From Podarcis filfolensis (lineage: Eukaryota): DNA of 64,000 nucleotides. Location of the stretch: assembly GCA_964270895.1 (NCBI GenBank), contig OZ185448.1. One strand, 5' to 3'. Made by a program: the position numbers and the translations under genes. Numbering within the stretch: position 1 is the stretch's first letter; every line of letters starts with the position of its first letter. Positions 62,823-64,000 of this stretch are shown one piece after another. The notes beneath the pieces are model-generated. The model was not told the DNA's origin. It searched no databases and worked only from the letters and a program-made list of their open reading frames with translations.

Positions 62823-64000
62823 CTACAGTAAAGACATAAAAAACCAAAAGAAAATGCACTAGGGTTATAGTGTGGGATCATAAATATTACAAATTGCTTT
62901 GTTTATTTGTTTTTAAATGTGACAGCTCATAAAAATGGTTGTAACTGAAGGCAGTTATATGCTTGATGGCAGTTTGGAAGAGATGGTCCAAGGGGTATCC
63001 CTTTAATATCATCTGGATATGCAAAATGAAACATGAATAGCAGTAAATTATCATGATTTAATTTTGCTGCTGTTGTTTATTTATTTTACTTCTCCTTCTA
63101 TATACATAAAAATGTAATGCCACCAATGTGCAGCCCCCATTGGAAGATTTGTAGTGTCCCGTCATAATCCTGGATTTGCACGAAATCAAGGTGGGGGAGT
63201 CAAAAGAGAAGGCAAGATGCACATCAGAAGTGGCTATGATATGGGGGAGGTGGCAGATTTAAGTACATGGAGAAGGATGTTGGGGGGAAACTATGTTGTG
63301 CTTGTTGGTTTCTGTGTTATCTCTGCAATTTCTCTGTGTTAAAACGGGTTTGTTCAACGTTAAGAACAAAAACTCCAAATGGAACGAACTTCCCCTCAAT
63401 GTTTCCCCATCCCAGCTTTACTCAAAACTCTGCTATTGCTTAAAAGTTCTATTTTCCTCTCAATGTCTTTCCATCCCAACTTTACCCTGCCATTGTTAAA
63501 AATGAATTTCCCCCCTCTAGCCGTCTTCCCTTCTCACTGTACTTAAAACGTCTCACATTTCTCAGCTTCCTCATGTGTAGATTCAATGTAGTAATTTAGA
63601 AGAGATAATTTATCACCAAACAAACACTCATATATGTGCAACATTCATCAAAAGATTGGAAACTTCTCTAACTGGACAAAACTAACTTGTGGGCTTCCTC
63701 TTAAGACTGCATTCATCTGAAAGGTACAGTCACATAAATCTTCGTGGGGTGTGCATGCAAAGAGGACTACAGAATAGGGAGGAGAATGTGGCAGGGAAAT
63801 GGGATTGGTTTGTGTATAAGGGAGAGCTGAGAAAAGGATGGAGAGGAGAGGAGGAAAGGGCAGAAGGTGAAAAGCAGAGTGCTCCCCAAAGAGGGAATAG
63901 CCAGCATGGGCATAGGGTAAAGATGGATGCAGAGACTTTGAAGGATATGCAGAATAGGAGGAGATGGTGGCTTCATAATGACCGCTCCCCACATTAAATT

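Overview
Eukaryotic (vertebrate) DNA from a squamate reptile, most likely a lacertid lizard, judged from Sauria SINE, a (CTT)n-tailed Squam3-like SINE, Bov-B and CR1 with (ATTCTATG)n tails. The window is the 3' half of the neuronal/muscle splicing regulator RBFOX1 (A2BP1/Fox-1) on the minus strand. Five short coding exons with canonical AG/GT borders are present: 54 nt (62769-62822), 81 nt (46471-46551), 133 nt (28003-28135), the brain-type 40-nt exon B40 (20227-20266) and 65 nt (6758-6822). They splice in frame to [124 protein letters not shown]. The RRM exons and the last exons lie outside the window. The rest is intron: a young 5'-truncated CR1 with a fold-back palindrome at its 5' end, other CR1/L2/Bov-B fragments, SINEs, many Tc1/mariner, hAT and Harbinger-like MITEs, a decayed Ty3/Gypsy element, a solo LTR, a Penelope-derived piece with a hammerhead-ribozyme-like core, microsatellites, and several unique homeodomain-motif-rich blocks that look like conserved non-coding elements. 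No rRNA, true tRNA genes or CRISPR. Best leads: two nested pairs of inverted transposon copies enclose exon B40; the muscle exon M43 could not be found by eye, while an in-frame 40-nt candidate exon sits just downstream of B40; and a UGCAUG cluster with a strong cryptic 5' splice site, AATAAA and a hairpin lies 1.3-1.6 kb after the 65-nt exon. All family assignments are from recall and manual alignment with no database search; repeat boundaries are approximate.
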